Below, one piece after another: positions 35,942 through 43,962 of a DNA stretch of 64,000 bases. A model generated the notes under the pieces. It was not told the origin of the DNA and searched no databases. It worked only from the letters and a program-made list of their open reading frames with translations. The DNA lies in the IMG/VR virus record IMGVR_UViG_3300045747_000527, positions 127,221 to 191,220 of that record; one strand, given 5' to 3'. Position 1 is the stretch's first letter; every line of letters begins with the position of its first letter. Position numbers and translations under genes: made by a program. This DNA comes from a virus.

Positions 35942-36112
35942 CTAAGACAACGGATTCTTGGTGCTCGGGGAGATCTTATCTCCGATGTTGCCGTGGGCCT
36001 TGCACCAGTCCTTCAGTTCCTGCACTTTGACCCCAAGAGCCCGCGCGGCCCCTGTCCACGTCCACATACCGGCGAGGACTTCCTTCACTTCTTTCTCTTT
36101 CAGTTCGATCAT
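35942..36112 (-). CDS. 56-aa HTH-like protein
   Basis: TWTGAARALGVKVQELKDW; GGAGG RBS. Confidence 0.55.
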   Translation of the reverse strand: MIELKEKEVKEVLAGMWTWTGAARALGVKVQELKDWCKAHGNIGDKISPSTKNPLS

Positions 36113-36125
36113 TGGTAACCTCCAG

Positions 36126-36197
36126 TGGAGCTACGGGGAGTCGAACCCCGATCTCTAGCTTGCAAAGCTAGCGTCTTCCCGTTGGACAGATAGCCCC
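36126..36197 (-). tRNA. tRNA-Ala(TGC)
   Basis: CTAGC-TTTGCAA-GCTAG; G3-U70. Confidence 0.9.
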
Positions 36198-36204
36198 AAA
36201 ATTG

Positions 36205-36278
36205 GGTGGCCGGTGCGATTTGAACGCACGATAACTGATTCACAATCAGCCGCCTTAACCAGACTTGGCTACGGCCAC
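36205..36278 (-). tRNA. tRNA-His(GTG)
   Basis: Loop TTGTGAA; C73; no encoded G-1. Confidence 0.9.
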
Positions 36279-36280
36279 AG

Positions 36281-36354
36281 TTGCGGCAGTGAGAGTCGAA
36301 CTCACGATCTCGCGCTTATCGAGCGCTTGCTCTGACCAACTGAGCTATGCCGCA
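36281..36354 (-). tRNA. tRNA-Ile(GAT)
   Basis: GCGC-TCGATAA-GCGC. Confidence 0.85.
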
Positions 36355-36360
36355 AGAATC

Positions 36361-36516
36361 GGAACAGAGGCAGCTGACATTGATCAAGTGCCAGACGCCA
36401 CACCTTTGATTCTCCGCCACCTAGCTCCACCACAGAGCCGTTGTCCCCCGGAAGTTACTCGGGGCTGCACAGGTGTCGTAGTTCTACGGGACTCTCGTCC
36501 TTGCTGCCTCTGTTCC
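36361..36516 (-). ncRNA. 156-nt structured RNA with perfect 14-bp closing stem
   Basis: GGAACAGAGGCAGC / GCTGCCTCTGTTCC plus internal stems; strand assumed from the array. Confidence 0.55.
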
Positions 36517-36815
36517 AAAAATTAGATCGTACGGTGTGCTACTACGCCAAATGGGACCCCAGCCATGGCCAAGGTACTTACCCAAGTCTCACTCGTTCGC
36601 GCATCTCAGTGTGCCCGTCGTCGCCACCGCTGGATTCTGTGTGAGCTTCTCACCAACAGCAGTTCATCCGGCGACTCTAAGTCCAGCCGATCTAGCTGGC
36701 CACACACTTCCGGATTACTTTACAGGTCTGGCACTCCGGCCCCAGATACCCGACACGTGACGCCTTTGCCCAACTCTTAGGATGGCTGCCTCTAAGCCAA
36801 CTACCGTACGATCTG

Positions 36816-36886
36816 CGGGGCGTGGAGGAATCGAACCCCCATAGCGAGTGTTGGAATCTCGCGTCCTACCATTAGACGAACACCCC
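36816..36886 (-). tRNA. tRNA-Trp(CCA)
   Basis: GCGAG-ATTCCAACA-CTCGC; G73. Confidence 0.82.
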
Positions 36887-36968
36887 AGAGGGTAGGCCAA
36901 AACGGTGATCAACCCGCTTCAGCATGAACCTAGATATCATTGCCCATGCCAATCAAGACCTACCTTTG

Positions 36969-37052
36969 AGGAAGACGGAGTACTCGAAACCCAAGCCCGA
37001 AGGCTCCTACCGAGTTCAAACCGGTGGCGGTTCCCTGACCGCTTCATCTTCC
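36969..37052 (-). tRNA. tRNA-Ser(TGA)
   Basis: ACCGG-TTTGAAC-TCGGT; long V arm. Confidence 0.8.
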
Positions 37053-37133
37053 ATTCTCCCAGCTTTTTGGCACCGCACTGGGAGGGAGGTATCACCCTCG
37101 CGGCCCTCATGCCTTCGTTTCCGAAGGGTGCCC

Positions 37134-37352
37134 TTAACTTATTGAAGAGGGGCCCTTGTGCTTGAGCTCAGCCGACGCCCGCTCAATCTGTTCCCTCTCT
37201 TCCGCGGACAAAGAGTTCAGGTCCACCGGTTCGCCTTTAAGCTCACCAGAAACAATCTTCTCCAGGGCCCCCAATATCTCTGCTTGCTCCGCAGGACTCA
37301 TGGCCTGGAGGGTAAGCTTCACCTGCGCTGACAGTTCGATCTTTTTTCTCAT
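37134..37352 (-). CDS. Hypothetical protein
   Basis: AAGGAG RBS. Confidence 0.55.
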   Translation of the reverse strand: MRKKIELSAQVKLTLQAMSPAEQAEILGALEKIVSGELKGEPVDLNSLSAEEREQIERASAELKHKGPSSIS

Positions 37353-37366
37353 GAGGACTCCTTCTG

Positions 37367-37440
37367 TCGGAGTGGAGGGATTTGAACCCCCGACCTTATG
37401 CTCCCAAAGCATTTGCGCTACCAGGCTGCGCCACACTCCG
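37367..37440 (-). tRNA. tRNA-Pro(TGG)
   Basis: ATGC-TTTGGGA-GCAT; C1-G72. Confidence 0.92.
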
Positions 37441-37446
37441 ATGTTG

Positions 37447-37520
37447 ATCCGGTGGGAGGAATCGAACCTCCAACATTCTGATCCAAAGTCAGACGCAGCT
37501 ACCAATTGTGCTACACCGGA
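37447..37520 (-). tRNA. tRNA-Gln(TTG)
   Basis: TCTGA-CTTTGGA-TCAGA; U1-A72. Confidence 0.9.
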
Positions 37521-37524
37521 GCAG

Positions 37525-37597
37525 TTCGGGAAGCAGGACTTGAACCTACAGCATCCAGCTCCAGAGGCTAGCGCTCTACCAGTTGAGCTATTCCCGA
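37525..37597 (-). tRNA. tRNA-Gln(CTG)
   Basis: CTAGC-CTCTGGA-GCTGG. Confidence 0.9.
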
Positions 37598-37607
37598 GCA
37601 ATCAAAT

Positions 37608-37684
37608 TGGGGGACTCAGAGGGATTCGAACCCCCATCTCCGCGTTTTCACCGCGGCGTATTACCCCATTCATACGACTCGTCC
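37608..37684 (-). tRNA. tRNA-Phe(GAA), mismatched acceptor stem
   Basis: CCGCG-GTGAAAA-CGCGG; CCA encoded; C73. Confidence 0.65.
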
Positions 37685-37807
37685 AAAATTGGGGCTGTCT
37701 CTCCAGCCTGTCACGTCTTGAGCCACAGTCCCCTGACGTTGGGTCGCCTACAGGGGCTCATCCCGTCCCGGTTAACTAGCCAGCCCACTTTCCATTCCAG
37801 GAGTAGA

Positions 37808-38026
37808 TCATCGATGCGTGCCCCACAACCGATATTGTTGGAGTGGCCTACCACGCAACGGGCGGCGATCTATGAGTTTTTCGGATGCCGCTTTTGCGCA
37901 TCCGCGACATATTGGAGGAATCATCGTCTTAGGGTCAAAGCTACCTATCGGACCCGGCCACACCACGATTCCCGAGCACTGCGGACAATTACCGGCAAGC
38001 TCAATGATCAGTTCCTTTTCGGCCAT
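37808..38026 (-). CDS. Small Zn-finger protein
   Basis: CPQC..CRGC; AAGGAGG RBS. Confidence 0.55.
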   Translation of the reverse strand: MAEKELIIELAGNCPQCSGIVVWPGPIGSFDPKTMIPPICRGCAKAASEKLIDRRPLRGRPLQQYRLWGTHR

Positions 38027-38084
38027 GAGGACCTCCTTCAAATTGTGCTGGCGTCCTAGCCCCTAAGTTCCGCGGTACCACAGA

Positions 38085-38160
38085 CCAGAGGAGCTTTTGC
38101 CATTAGACGAAAACGGCATAGATTGCGCCGTCTCCTAGAATCGAACTAGGTTCTCCAGCG
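38085..38160 (-). ncRNA. tRNA halves in reversed order (permuted tRNA-like or remnants)
   Basis: T arm + AGACGGC-G precede GCCGTTT + D-loop-like TAATGGCAA. Confidence 0.5.
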
Positions 38161-38162
38161 TG

Positions 38163-38235
38163 CGCCCCAGAACGGGATCGAACCGTTGGCCTCTTGCTCT
38201 TCATACAAGCGCTCTACCAACTGAGCTACCGGGGC
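38163..38235 (-). tRNA. tRNA-Phe(GAA)
   Basis: CTTGT-ATGAAGA-GCAAG; G37, G73. Confidence 0.75.
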
Positions 38236-38283
38236 ATAAACGGAGGTATGGCTACCTCCGCAGCAAAATGAACTATGAACTTT

Positions 38284-38793
38284 TCAGATACCCAGGGGTG
38301 CTACCCTCTGCTGTGGATTGCTGGAGAATCGAACTCCATTCTTCCGGGTAAGAGCCGGGAGCTTCACCGTTAAAGCTTGCAATCCTTGTGATCTTTTACG
38401 ATTTCTTTTCCACGCCTTACAGTACGCGTTATGCGCCTTTTTGCAATCGGGACATTTCGGAGGACCGCAGTACCTGTACGCTGACAGTGTTCCGTGCGTA
38501 CCAAAAGCTGATGTGTATCCAAGTTCCACTAGGGTTTTCTTCTGATGGCACCTCAAGCAAAGCAGCTGGCATTTATCTATCTCCTCAAGCAACTTGTGCT
38601 CAGCTACGCCGGCCAACCGTCTTGTGATCACGAAGTCTTTGCCCTTCCCCCTTCTCTTCTTGTGGTCAAACTGTAGGCGCTTTTTTGAGCCGCACTCAAC
38701 ACACTTTCCTCCAAGCCTCTTGATCGCTAATGCTTTTCTGCGCTTGTACCGGGCAGCCATATACTTGCGCATGTACTCATTGTCACCTGGCAT
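38284..38793 (-). CDS. HNH endonuclease reading through tRNA-Lys
   Basis: LGGKCVECG..LQFDH..KCQLLCLRCH..K. Confidence 0.82.
   Translation of the reverse strand: MPGDNEYMRKYMAARYKRRKALAIKRLGGKCVECGSKKRLQFDHKKRRGKGKDFVITRRLAGVAEHKLLEEIDKCQLLCLRCHQKKTLVELGYTSAFGTHGTLSAYRYCGPPKCPDCKKAHNAYCKAWKRNRKRSQGLQALTVKLPALTRKNGVRFSSNPQQRVAPLGI
38314..38385 (-). tRNA. tRNA-Lys(CTT)
   Basis: CCGG-CTCTTAC-CCGG; lies inside the HNH ORF. Confidence 0.82.
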
Positions 38794-38821
38794 CGTACAA
38801 GGTTAAGGTAACGCTGCTCTG

Positions 38822-38862
38822 TCGTCAACTACTTTGCTCTGAACCTGCTGAGCTACCAGACC
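38822..38862 (-). pseudogene. 5' half tRNA remnant
   Basis: GGTCTGG-TA-GCTC-AGCAGGTTCA-GAGC; no T arm downstream. Confidence 0.5.
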
Positions 38863-38881
38863 ATATTCTGTTTTCAAGCTG

Positions 38882-38955
38882 TACACCCTGCCGGGATCGA
38901 ACCGGCGACGTCTCGATTAAAAGTCGAGGGCTGCTACCAACTGAGCTAAGGGTGT
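38882..38955 (-). tRNA. tRNA-Lys(TTT)
   Basis: CTCGA-CTTTTAA-TCGAG. Confidence 0.92.
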
Positions 38956-38959
38956 GTTG

Positions 38960-39040
38960 AGGATGAGGTGGGAATCGAACCCACCGTGCCAGAGGCAAGG
39001 CGTTTACAGCGCCCATGTCCGACCTTGGAGCGTCTCATCC
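38960..39040 (-). tRNA. tRNA-Tyr(GTA)
   Basis: GGCG-CTGTAAA-CGCC; long V arm. Confidence 0.82.
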
Positions 39041-39097
39041 ATGATTCGGATGAGCGTTTATAGTGATCGTCTTGTCCCATTCTCTTTCTCCTTGAAA

Positions 39098-39137
39098 CAA
39101 GAAAAGCCGCACTCCTTTTCGGGGAGGCGGCCTTCTT
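39098..39137 (-). terminator. Rho-independent terminator
   Basis: GCCGC..CTCC-GAAAA-GGAG..GCGGC + TTTTCTT. Confidence 0.6.
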
Positions 39138-39145
39138 GTAGCTCT

Positions 39146-39290
39146 CTTTGGACCTGGGCTACAAAGCCGCCTCCGCATACTTGTCTGGGTTGGTCCCGCG
39201 GAGGCACGCAAACACACCTGTAGGCCACAATGCCGATTTCTCGGCTTGTGAACTAGACGTATGCTGCTTCCTATTGATCATGGCCAGTTC
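39146..39290 (-). ncRNA. Putative structured RNA upstream of the tRNA array
   Basis: GCCGA-GAAA-TCGGC, GCCTCCGC/GCGGAGGC, GAACT/AGTTC. Confidence 0.4.
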
Positions 39291-39299
39291 AAGATGCTC

Positions 39300-39716
39300 T
39301 CAGCCTTTCGGCTTGTCAACATCTTTTTCGGCCAGGGTGGCGGGCCCTAGCATAAAGGGGTGGCAGGACACTCGGGTTGAACAGCGTGGACAGTACCCTC
39401 GAAGCTTTACCTGTCCTTTAGTGACCCCTGGCTGGCCATTCGCCAACCCCGAGAGGTAGCCTTCCTGCATGCACTCGAACAGACTTCCGTACAGAACTCT
39501 CAGGTAGGCACGAACATCGTTTGGGTTTGAGAACTTCTCGGCCACGAATAGCGGGTCCAGGGTATCTGTGATCTCTACTGCGAGATTGTAGTCGTACACA
39601 TCCCTCCCCATGATCTTGACTTTCAGATTGCCGCGCTCGTCTAGTCCCAAGACTATCCTTCCGGCCTGTAACCCTAAGCCACGAATCTGCCTGAGCAGGT
39701 CTAGTTCCTCCTTCAT
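39300..39716 (-). CDS. Hypothetical protein
   Basis: GGAGG RBS; CPRC. Confidence 0.6.
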   Translation of the reverse strand: MKEELDLLRQIRGLGLQAGRIVLGLDERGNLKVKIMGRDVYDYNLAVEITDTLDPLFVAEKFSNPNDVRAYLRVLYGSLFECMQEGYLSGLANGQPGVTKGQVKLRGYCPRCSTRVSCHPFMLGPATLAEKDVDKPKG

Positions 39717-39936
39717 GACAGCAACCTCCGTAACTCACCCTGCAGCTCACCTTGGTCAAGCTGAGGCACCCACACCTCTTTGTTCACCCCCCATTCTGTG
39801 CCCCCGACCAGGGCAACCCAGCCATTACTCTCGTGTCTCTTGTGCGGAAAAGGCATGCTACTCGGCATCCCGCAAACAGGGCAGATAACATTGGGGTTGG
39901 GTTGAAGTGATAATCTGTTCCGTCCGTTTTAAGCAT

Positions 39937-40182
39937 CTATCCCTCCCCGCCGTAGAGGAAAATTTCAGCAAGAGCCTCGGCCCTGGGCACCTTCCAGTTC
40001 ACAATCTTCCCGGTGTCTACGTCGATGTCCAGCATAATGTAATCGCCGTAGTGCTCACCGGGGAAGAAGGCAGGAACGTAACCTGAGTATTCTTTCCCAA
40101 CTAGTTTGCCGTCCACGACCAAGACCAAATTCGCGCCAGACAAGTCGCTGCATTTCGCACAGATCTTTATGATTGTCGCCAT
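39937..40182 (-). CDS. Hypothetical protein
   Basis: GGAGG RBS. Confidence 0.6.
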   Translation of the reverse strand: MATIIKICAKCSDLSGANLVLVVDGKLVGKEYSGYVPAFFPGEHYGDYIMLDIDVDTGKIVNWKVPRAEALAEIFLYGGEG

Positions 40183-40246
40183 GTTGTCCTCCAAAAAGAA
40201 AGGGCCACCCAGATGGGTGGCCCTTGAGTAGGTAGTTCGTAGTAAG

Positions 40247-41020
40247 CTAGCTCTGGATCGTCCAGAAGTCGTCTGAAAGTGAGCGGTTCGAGACGTAGTC
40301 GTACGGCATAGTGAAGTACCCAGACATACCCCAATCGGAACCCCAGCTGTTCCGCACCAACAGACGCTGAGTAGCGTCGCTGTACCCGACTGCACACACA
40401 GCATGTCCGCCGAGATAGCCTTCTCCCGCGGAGGGCATCGGAACCACGCCGGTCTTGGCCACGGCACTTGATTCAAAGCTATCATAGACTGCGAAGCCAA
40501 AGACAAATGGAAAGCCGCTGGCAAGACAGGTCTTCATGTCCGTGAGAGTATCTAGGCGGTGGTATGATTTGATCTTATGGTCCAGGCCGTCTCGATACGC
40601 CGCGGCGGACGGCTTGACCGCGAAGCGAGCGATATTGTACGGCCACATGCTCTCAACACACACGCCTTGTTTAGCCAGTGTCTTGATGCCATCGCGAAGC
40701 ACAGCCCCCGAATCCGTCCGAACGGTGCCTTCCAAGAGGCGCTCGTTGTAGTAAATGAACAGGCGGCTGACGTCCACCGTCACGCGCCTCTTGACGTTCT
40801 CTAGGTACTCCAGATTACCCGCCAAGGCATTGGCGGTACAAGAGCCCAGACTGCCCTGGTTCTCTACCTTGGACATTTTGATCCGCAGGTCTGTTGACTT
40901 CGGTAGAGTCCTCAACAAAACCCGCGCTGCGGGCTTGAAGGTCGAGGCAAACGAAAAATCCCGGAAATCCGGAACGTCAGGAATCCAGCGATAGGAGCGT
41001 TTACGAATTGAACTGGCCAT
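40247..41020 (-). CDS. Papain-like cysteine protease (C1A)
   Basis: NQGSLGSCTANA, GGHAVCAVGY, RNSWG..WG..GY. Confidence 0.92.
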   Translation of the reverse strand: MASSIRKRSYRWIPDVPDFRDFSFASTFKPAARVLLRTLPKSTDLRIKMSKVENQGSLGSCTANALAGNLEYLENVKRRVTVDVSRLFIYYNERLLEGTVRTDSGAVLRDGIKTLAKQGVCVESMWPYNIARFAVKPSAAAYRDGLDHKIKSYHRLDTLTDMKTCLASGFPFVFGFAVYDSFESSAVAKTGVVPMPSAGEGYLGGHAVCAVGYSDATQRLLVRNSWGSDWGMSGYFTMPYDYVSNRSLSDDFWTIQS

Positions 41021-41048
41021 TGGTCACCTCTCCACAGAGTGTACCGTG

Positions 41049-41432
41049 CTACTCATCCCTCCGGCAAGTACAGGGGCCTCTCCCTTCCCGGTCCTCGCCA
41101 CACTGGAGGCAGATACCTGTGCCGTCCAGTATGATCATCCGTTCTTCTGCGGTGTAGGTTAGCAGGGCTATCCTAGTGGTTTGGGCGTTACTCTGCAGGA
41201 TATCTTTGATCGCCAGCGCCTTGTCCAGCTTCCCACAAATCTCCTCCAGTGTGGGTGTCGGAGAGCCGCCACAAGTTTCGCACAAAGGCAGTCCTCCCAG
41301 TGCTGCATTGATCGGAAAGTCCTCCGGGATACAATACTCTGCCTCTCCCGGAAAGGTCTTCTCGCAGTAGCGGCAGGTAAACTCGGGCAGCTTATACATA
41401 CAGGTCTCTTCCTTTGCTTTCTTCTTAGCCAT
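41049..41432 (-). CDS. Hypothetical Cys-rich protein
   Basis: CRYC, CETC, CLQC; GGAGG RBS. Confidence 0.55.
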   Translation of the reverse strand: MAKKKAKEETCMYKLPEFTCRYCEKTFPGEAEYCIPEDFPINAALGGLPLCETCGGSPTPTLEEICGKLDKALAIKDILQSNAQTTRIALLTYTAEERMIILDGTGICLQCGEDREGRGPCTCRRDE

Positions 41433-41443
41433 CGTGTCCTCCG

Positions 41444-41647
41444 TTATCCGTGATCGTCGATATCTCCAAACCTCTCATCCTCTTGCGCGTACCCATCCGT
41501 CCACGCGTGCCAGCAATCAGAACAAACAGTCTCACGCGTCTTTGGGGCGTAGCCTATGCCATCCCCCTTCTTAACCTTGTGTGAGCAGGTTGCCACGTGA
41601 TCTCTGTGAGCAACTGCTCGGACGAACATGTGAAATTCAGCCCTCAT
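41444..41647 (-). CDS. Small hypothetical protein
   Basis: CSH..CSDC. Confidence 0.45.
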   Translation of the reverse strand: MRAEFHMFVRAVAHRDHVATCSHKVKKGDGIGYAPKTRETVCSDCWHAWTDGYAQEDERFGDIDDHG

Positions 41648-41919
41648 AGCTTCTCCCTTGATGTCGTAGCCTCAGCACAAAAGCTGTGCATCCACCTGCG
41701 GCCCCTGAGTCTGAAATACCTGAAAAGAGCGCGAGCACAAGGCTCGCAGCAACGAACAATCTTACGTCTACTCTGGATGGACATATAGATCATCCTGGGA
41801 CGGTAGAACCCGAAAAAGAACTCTCGGGCACAGGGGCCACAGTAAACCACGTCTTTTCGGAACACGTGACCCGTGGCCTCGTGATACGGACCGCCACATT
41901 GAAAGCATCTAGGTTCCAC
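41644..41919 (-). CDS. Small Zn-finger protein
   Basis: CFQC..CGPC..CEPC; promoter motif at 41966. Confidence 0.55.
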   Translation of the reverse strand: MEPRCFQCGGPYHEATGHVFRKDVVYCGPCAREFFFGFYRPRMIYMSIQSRRKIVRCCEPCARALFRYFRLRGRRWMHSFCAEATTSREKL

Positions 41920-42063
41920 AGATCACCTCTTCTTTATTCCTAGGGCGTACAACCCAGGCGAAGCCCTTATACCAGCAGAAGATCAAATTTTTCAGTACTG
42001 AAAGTACTCTCCGGATAGCGGTATAAGAGCCCAGAAGAGCTCACTACCTCAAGGAGAACCAAC

Positions 42064-42741
42064 ATGATTGATTTTGCGCAGCTAGCCAAGGAATCCCATG
42101 CAACCGCCGTCAGCAAGGGCTGGTACGAGAAAGATGCCCAAGGGCAGATCATCCCCCGCGACGTAGCGGAAGTCTGCTCTCTCTTTCACTCCGAAATCTC
42201 TGAAGCAGTGGAAGAGCTGCGAAAACCCAACCCCGCTAGCAGGAAAGGTATCTACTTCAGCAACAACTCCGTCTTTTCCTCCGACAATTCCTTCATCCCA
42301 GATGACCCCGACGTGCACACGGATATGATGCGCCTGACTTCCGGCGGCCTGGCGAAGCCTGAAGGCGTGGCAGTAGAACTTGCTGACCTGATCATCCGAC
42401 TGGCTGATAGTGCCGAGTCCTGGGGTGTGGCCACCATGGTACGAAATGAGAACTGGCACTCACACGCCGTGCTCCTAGAACTCGCACGGCTAAAGAGAGG
42501 CCAGCACAGCGCAATAGGTGAGCTAGTCCGCGTTCACCAGGCGGTCTCGTTACTCTGGTCGTTCATCGAGAACAAAGCACACACGACGTACGGCGTAATC
42601 ATCGGAGACGCGATCAGGTCTATCCTTTTGGGGGTACAGGCGCTCTGCGTCCACTACGATTGGAATCTGGAGAGAGCCATCAAGATCAAAATGACGTACA
42701 ACGATACGCGGCCCTTTAGGCACGGCGGAAAATTAGCGTAA
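42064..42741 (+). CDS. MazG-like NTP pyrophosphohydrolase
   Basis: HSEISEAVEELR, ELADLIIRLAD, KMTYN.TRPFRHGGK. Confidence 0.8.
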   Translation: MIDFAQLAKESHATAVSKGWYEKDAQGQIIPRDVAEVCSLFHSEISEAVEELRKPNPASRKGIYFSNNSVFSSDNSFIPDDPDVHTDMMRLTSGGLAKPEGVAVELADLIIRLADSAESWGVATMVRNENWHSHAVLLELARLKRGQHSAIGELVRVHQAVSLLWSFIENKAHTTYGVIIGDAIRSILLGVQALCVHYDWNLERAIKIKMTYNDTRPFRHGGKLA

Positions 42742-42763
42742 CAACTGGCCCTGGAGTCATGAG

Positions 42764-43684
42764 ATGCCGACACCAAATAGACGAACAGCAAAAAGCGAAG
42801 CACAGGTAGCCGATCTCGTTGCGGTACTGGCCGACATCCTCGAAGCATGGGGTGACGAGAACGAGTACACCGAAGACAGGAAAACGCTGGCCAAGCAGCT
42901 AGCATCCAAGGTACAAGAGCTGCTGTGCCCCGCCCCCAGCGCGGACCCGGCCAGCGTTAGCGTTCCCGATTTGAACGCCCTTGTTGGAACGTGGCGAGTC
43001 GAGTGGTCACGATGCGGACTCGACGACAAGCCCCAATGTGTTGACCTTGCAGAGCGGGCTTACCGCGCCGCCATCGCCCACTGTGGGCAGCGAGAAGCAG
43101 AGCTGAAAGCCAGAATCGTGGCATGTGACGCCCACAGCGGGGAGTTGATTGCAGAGCAGCGCCAGAGGGCGGAACGCGCGGAGGCTGATAATCTGGAGCG
43201 TCAAGACTGCGCAGCCAGAGAGTTGGGCCGCGTGCAAGCGCACCTGTCTAATCGATCAGATGTCATAGAATCCCAAGCGGCCGAGATTGCGCGGCTCAAG
43301 GCGATAGCCACAGAGCACGCCCGCATCACCACCGAAGTATACGGGAAGGAATTCAAGGTACTGTGCGTGGCTGTGGAACTTGCGGGTGGGCGAACGAGTA
43401 ACAGCGAACACGTACTTGAAGCTGCTGCGCGAATGCTGCAAGCCAAGGTAGCCAGCCAACCCGCGCCCGAGGGACTGCCGAAGGTGGGCGAGACAGTAGA
43501 GGCGAAACGAGGGCGCGCGTCGGCGTTCGAGCGACGCACGGTCGAGACGCTTTCCAAGCCGTCTCTAAGTGACGCTAAGTTTTGGACATCGGACGGGTGT
43601 GGTCCGTACGATTTGAGCGAAGAGGGCGAATGGTGGCGCCGAGTCGCGCAGCCACAGGGCGTTAGCAAGGAGACGACGACATGA
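42764..43684 (+). CDS. Hypothetical coiled-coil protein
   Basis: 306-aa ORF. Confidence 0.6.
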   Translation: MPTPNRRTAKSEAQVADLVAVLADILEAWGDENEYTEDRKTLAKQLASKVQELLCPAPSADPASVSVPDLNALVGTWRVEWSRCGLDDKPQCVDLAERAYRAAIAHCGQREAELKARIVACDAHSGELIAEQRQRAERAEADNLERQDCAARELGRVQAHLSNRSDVIESQAAEIARLKAIATEHARITTEVYGKEFKVLCVAVELAGGRTSNSEHVLEAAARMLQAKVASQPAPEGLPKVGETVEAKRGRASAFERRTVETLSKPSLSDAKFWTSDGCGPYDLSEEGEWWRRVAQPQGVSKETTT

Positions 43685-43962
43685 ACATGAACATGAACAT
43701 GGACGATGCTTACATGCGTGGTGTGGCCTTTGAAAAGGCAAATTCGGACAGCGTGAGGGAGGAAAATCGAAAGTTGAACGTTGAGAGGGAAGAAGCGGAT
43801 CGCGTGATCGCATCGCAGGAGGAGCAGATTGATAGGCTGAAAGAGCAAGTGGCAGCACACAGCAAGCAATTACAAAAAATGATAGCCGCAGACCTGGACG
43901 ATTCTGGGCGCTTTGGGCCACGTGATCCTGCCGATCCGAAATGTGGGACGTGGTCCCCATGA
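43681..43962 (+). CDS. Hypothetical coiled-coil protein
   Basis: ATGA coupling; MNMNMNM start. Confidence 0.55.
   Translation: MNMNMNMDDAYMRGVAFEKANSDSVREENRKLNVEREEADRVIASQEEQIDRLKEQVAAHSKQLQKMIAADLDDSGRFGPRDPADPKCGTWSP

Noticed and set aside
36517-36780. RNase P RNA
   Set aside because: ACAGAAUCC resembles part of P4, but the GAGGAAAGUCC partner is absent
27753-39223. ORF-track ORFs spanning tRNA clusters (e.g. 37156-37779, 31336-31755, 29286-29612)
   Set aside because: Shadow frames of tRNA genes without RBS or protein-like composition
43681-43701. ATGAAC x3 (MNMNMNM) as a phase-variable repeat
   Set aside because: In-frame hexamer; copy changes would not switch expression
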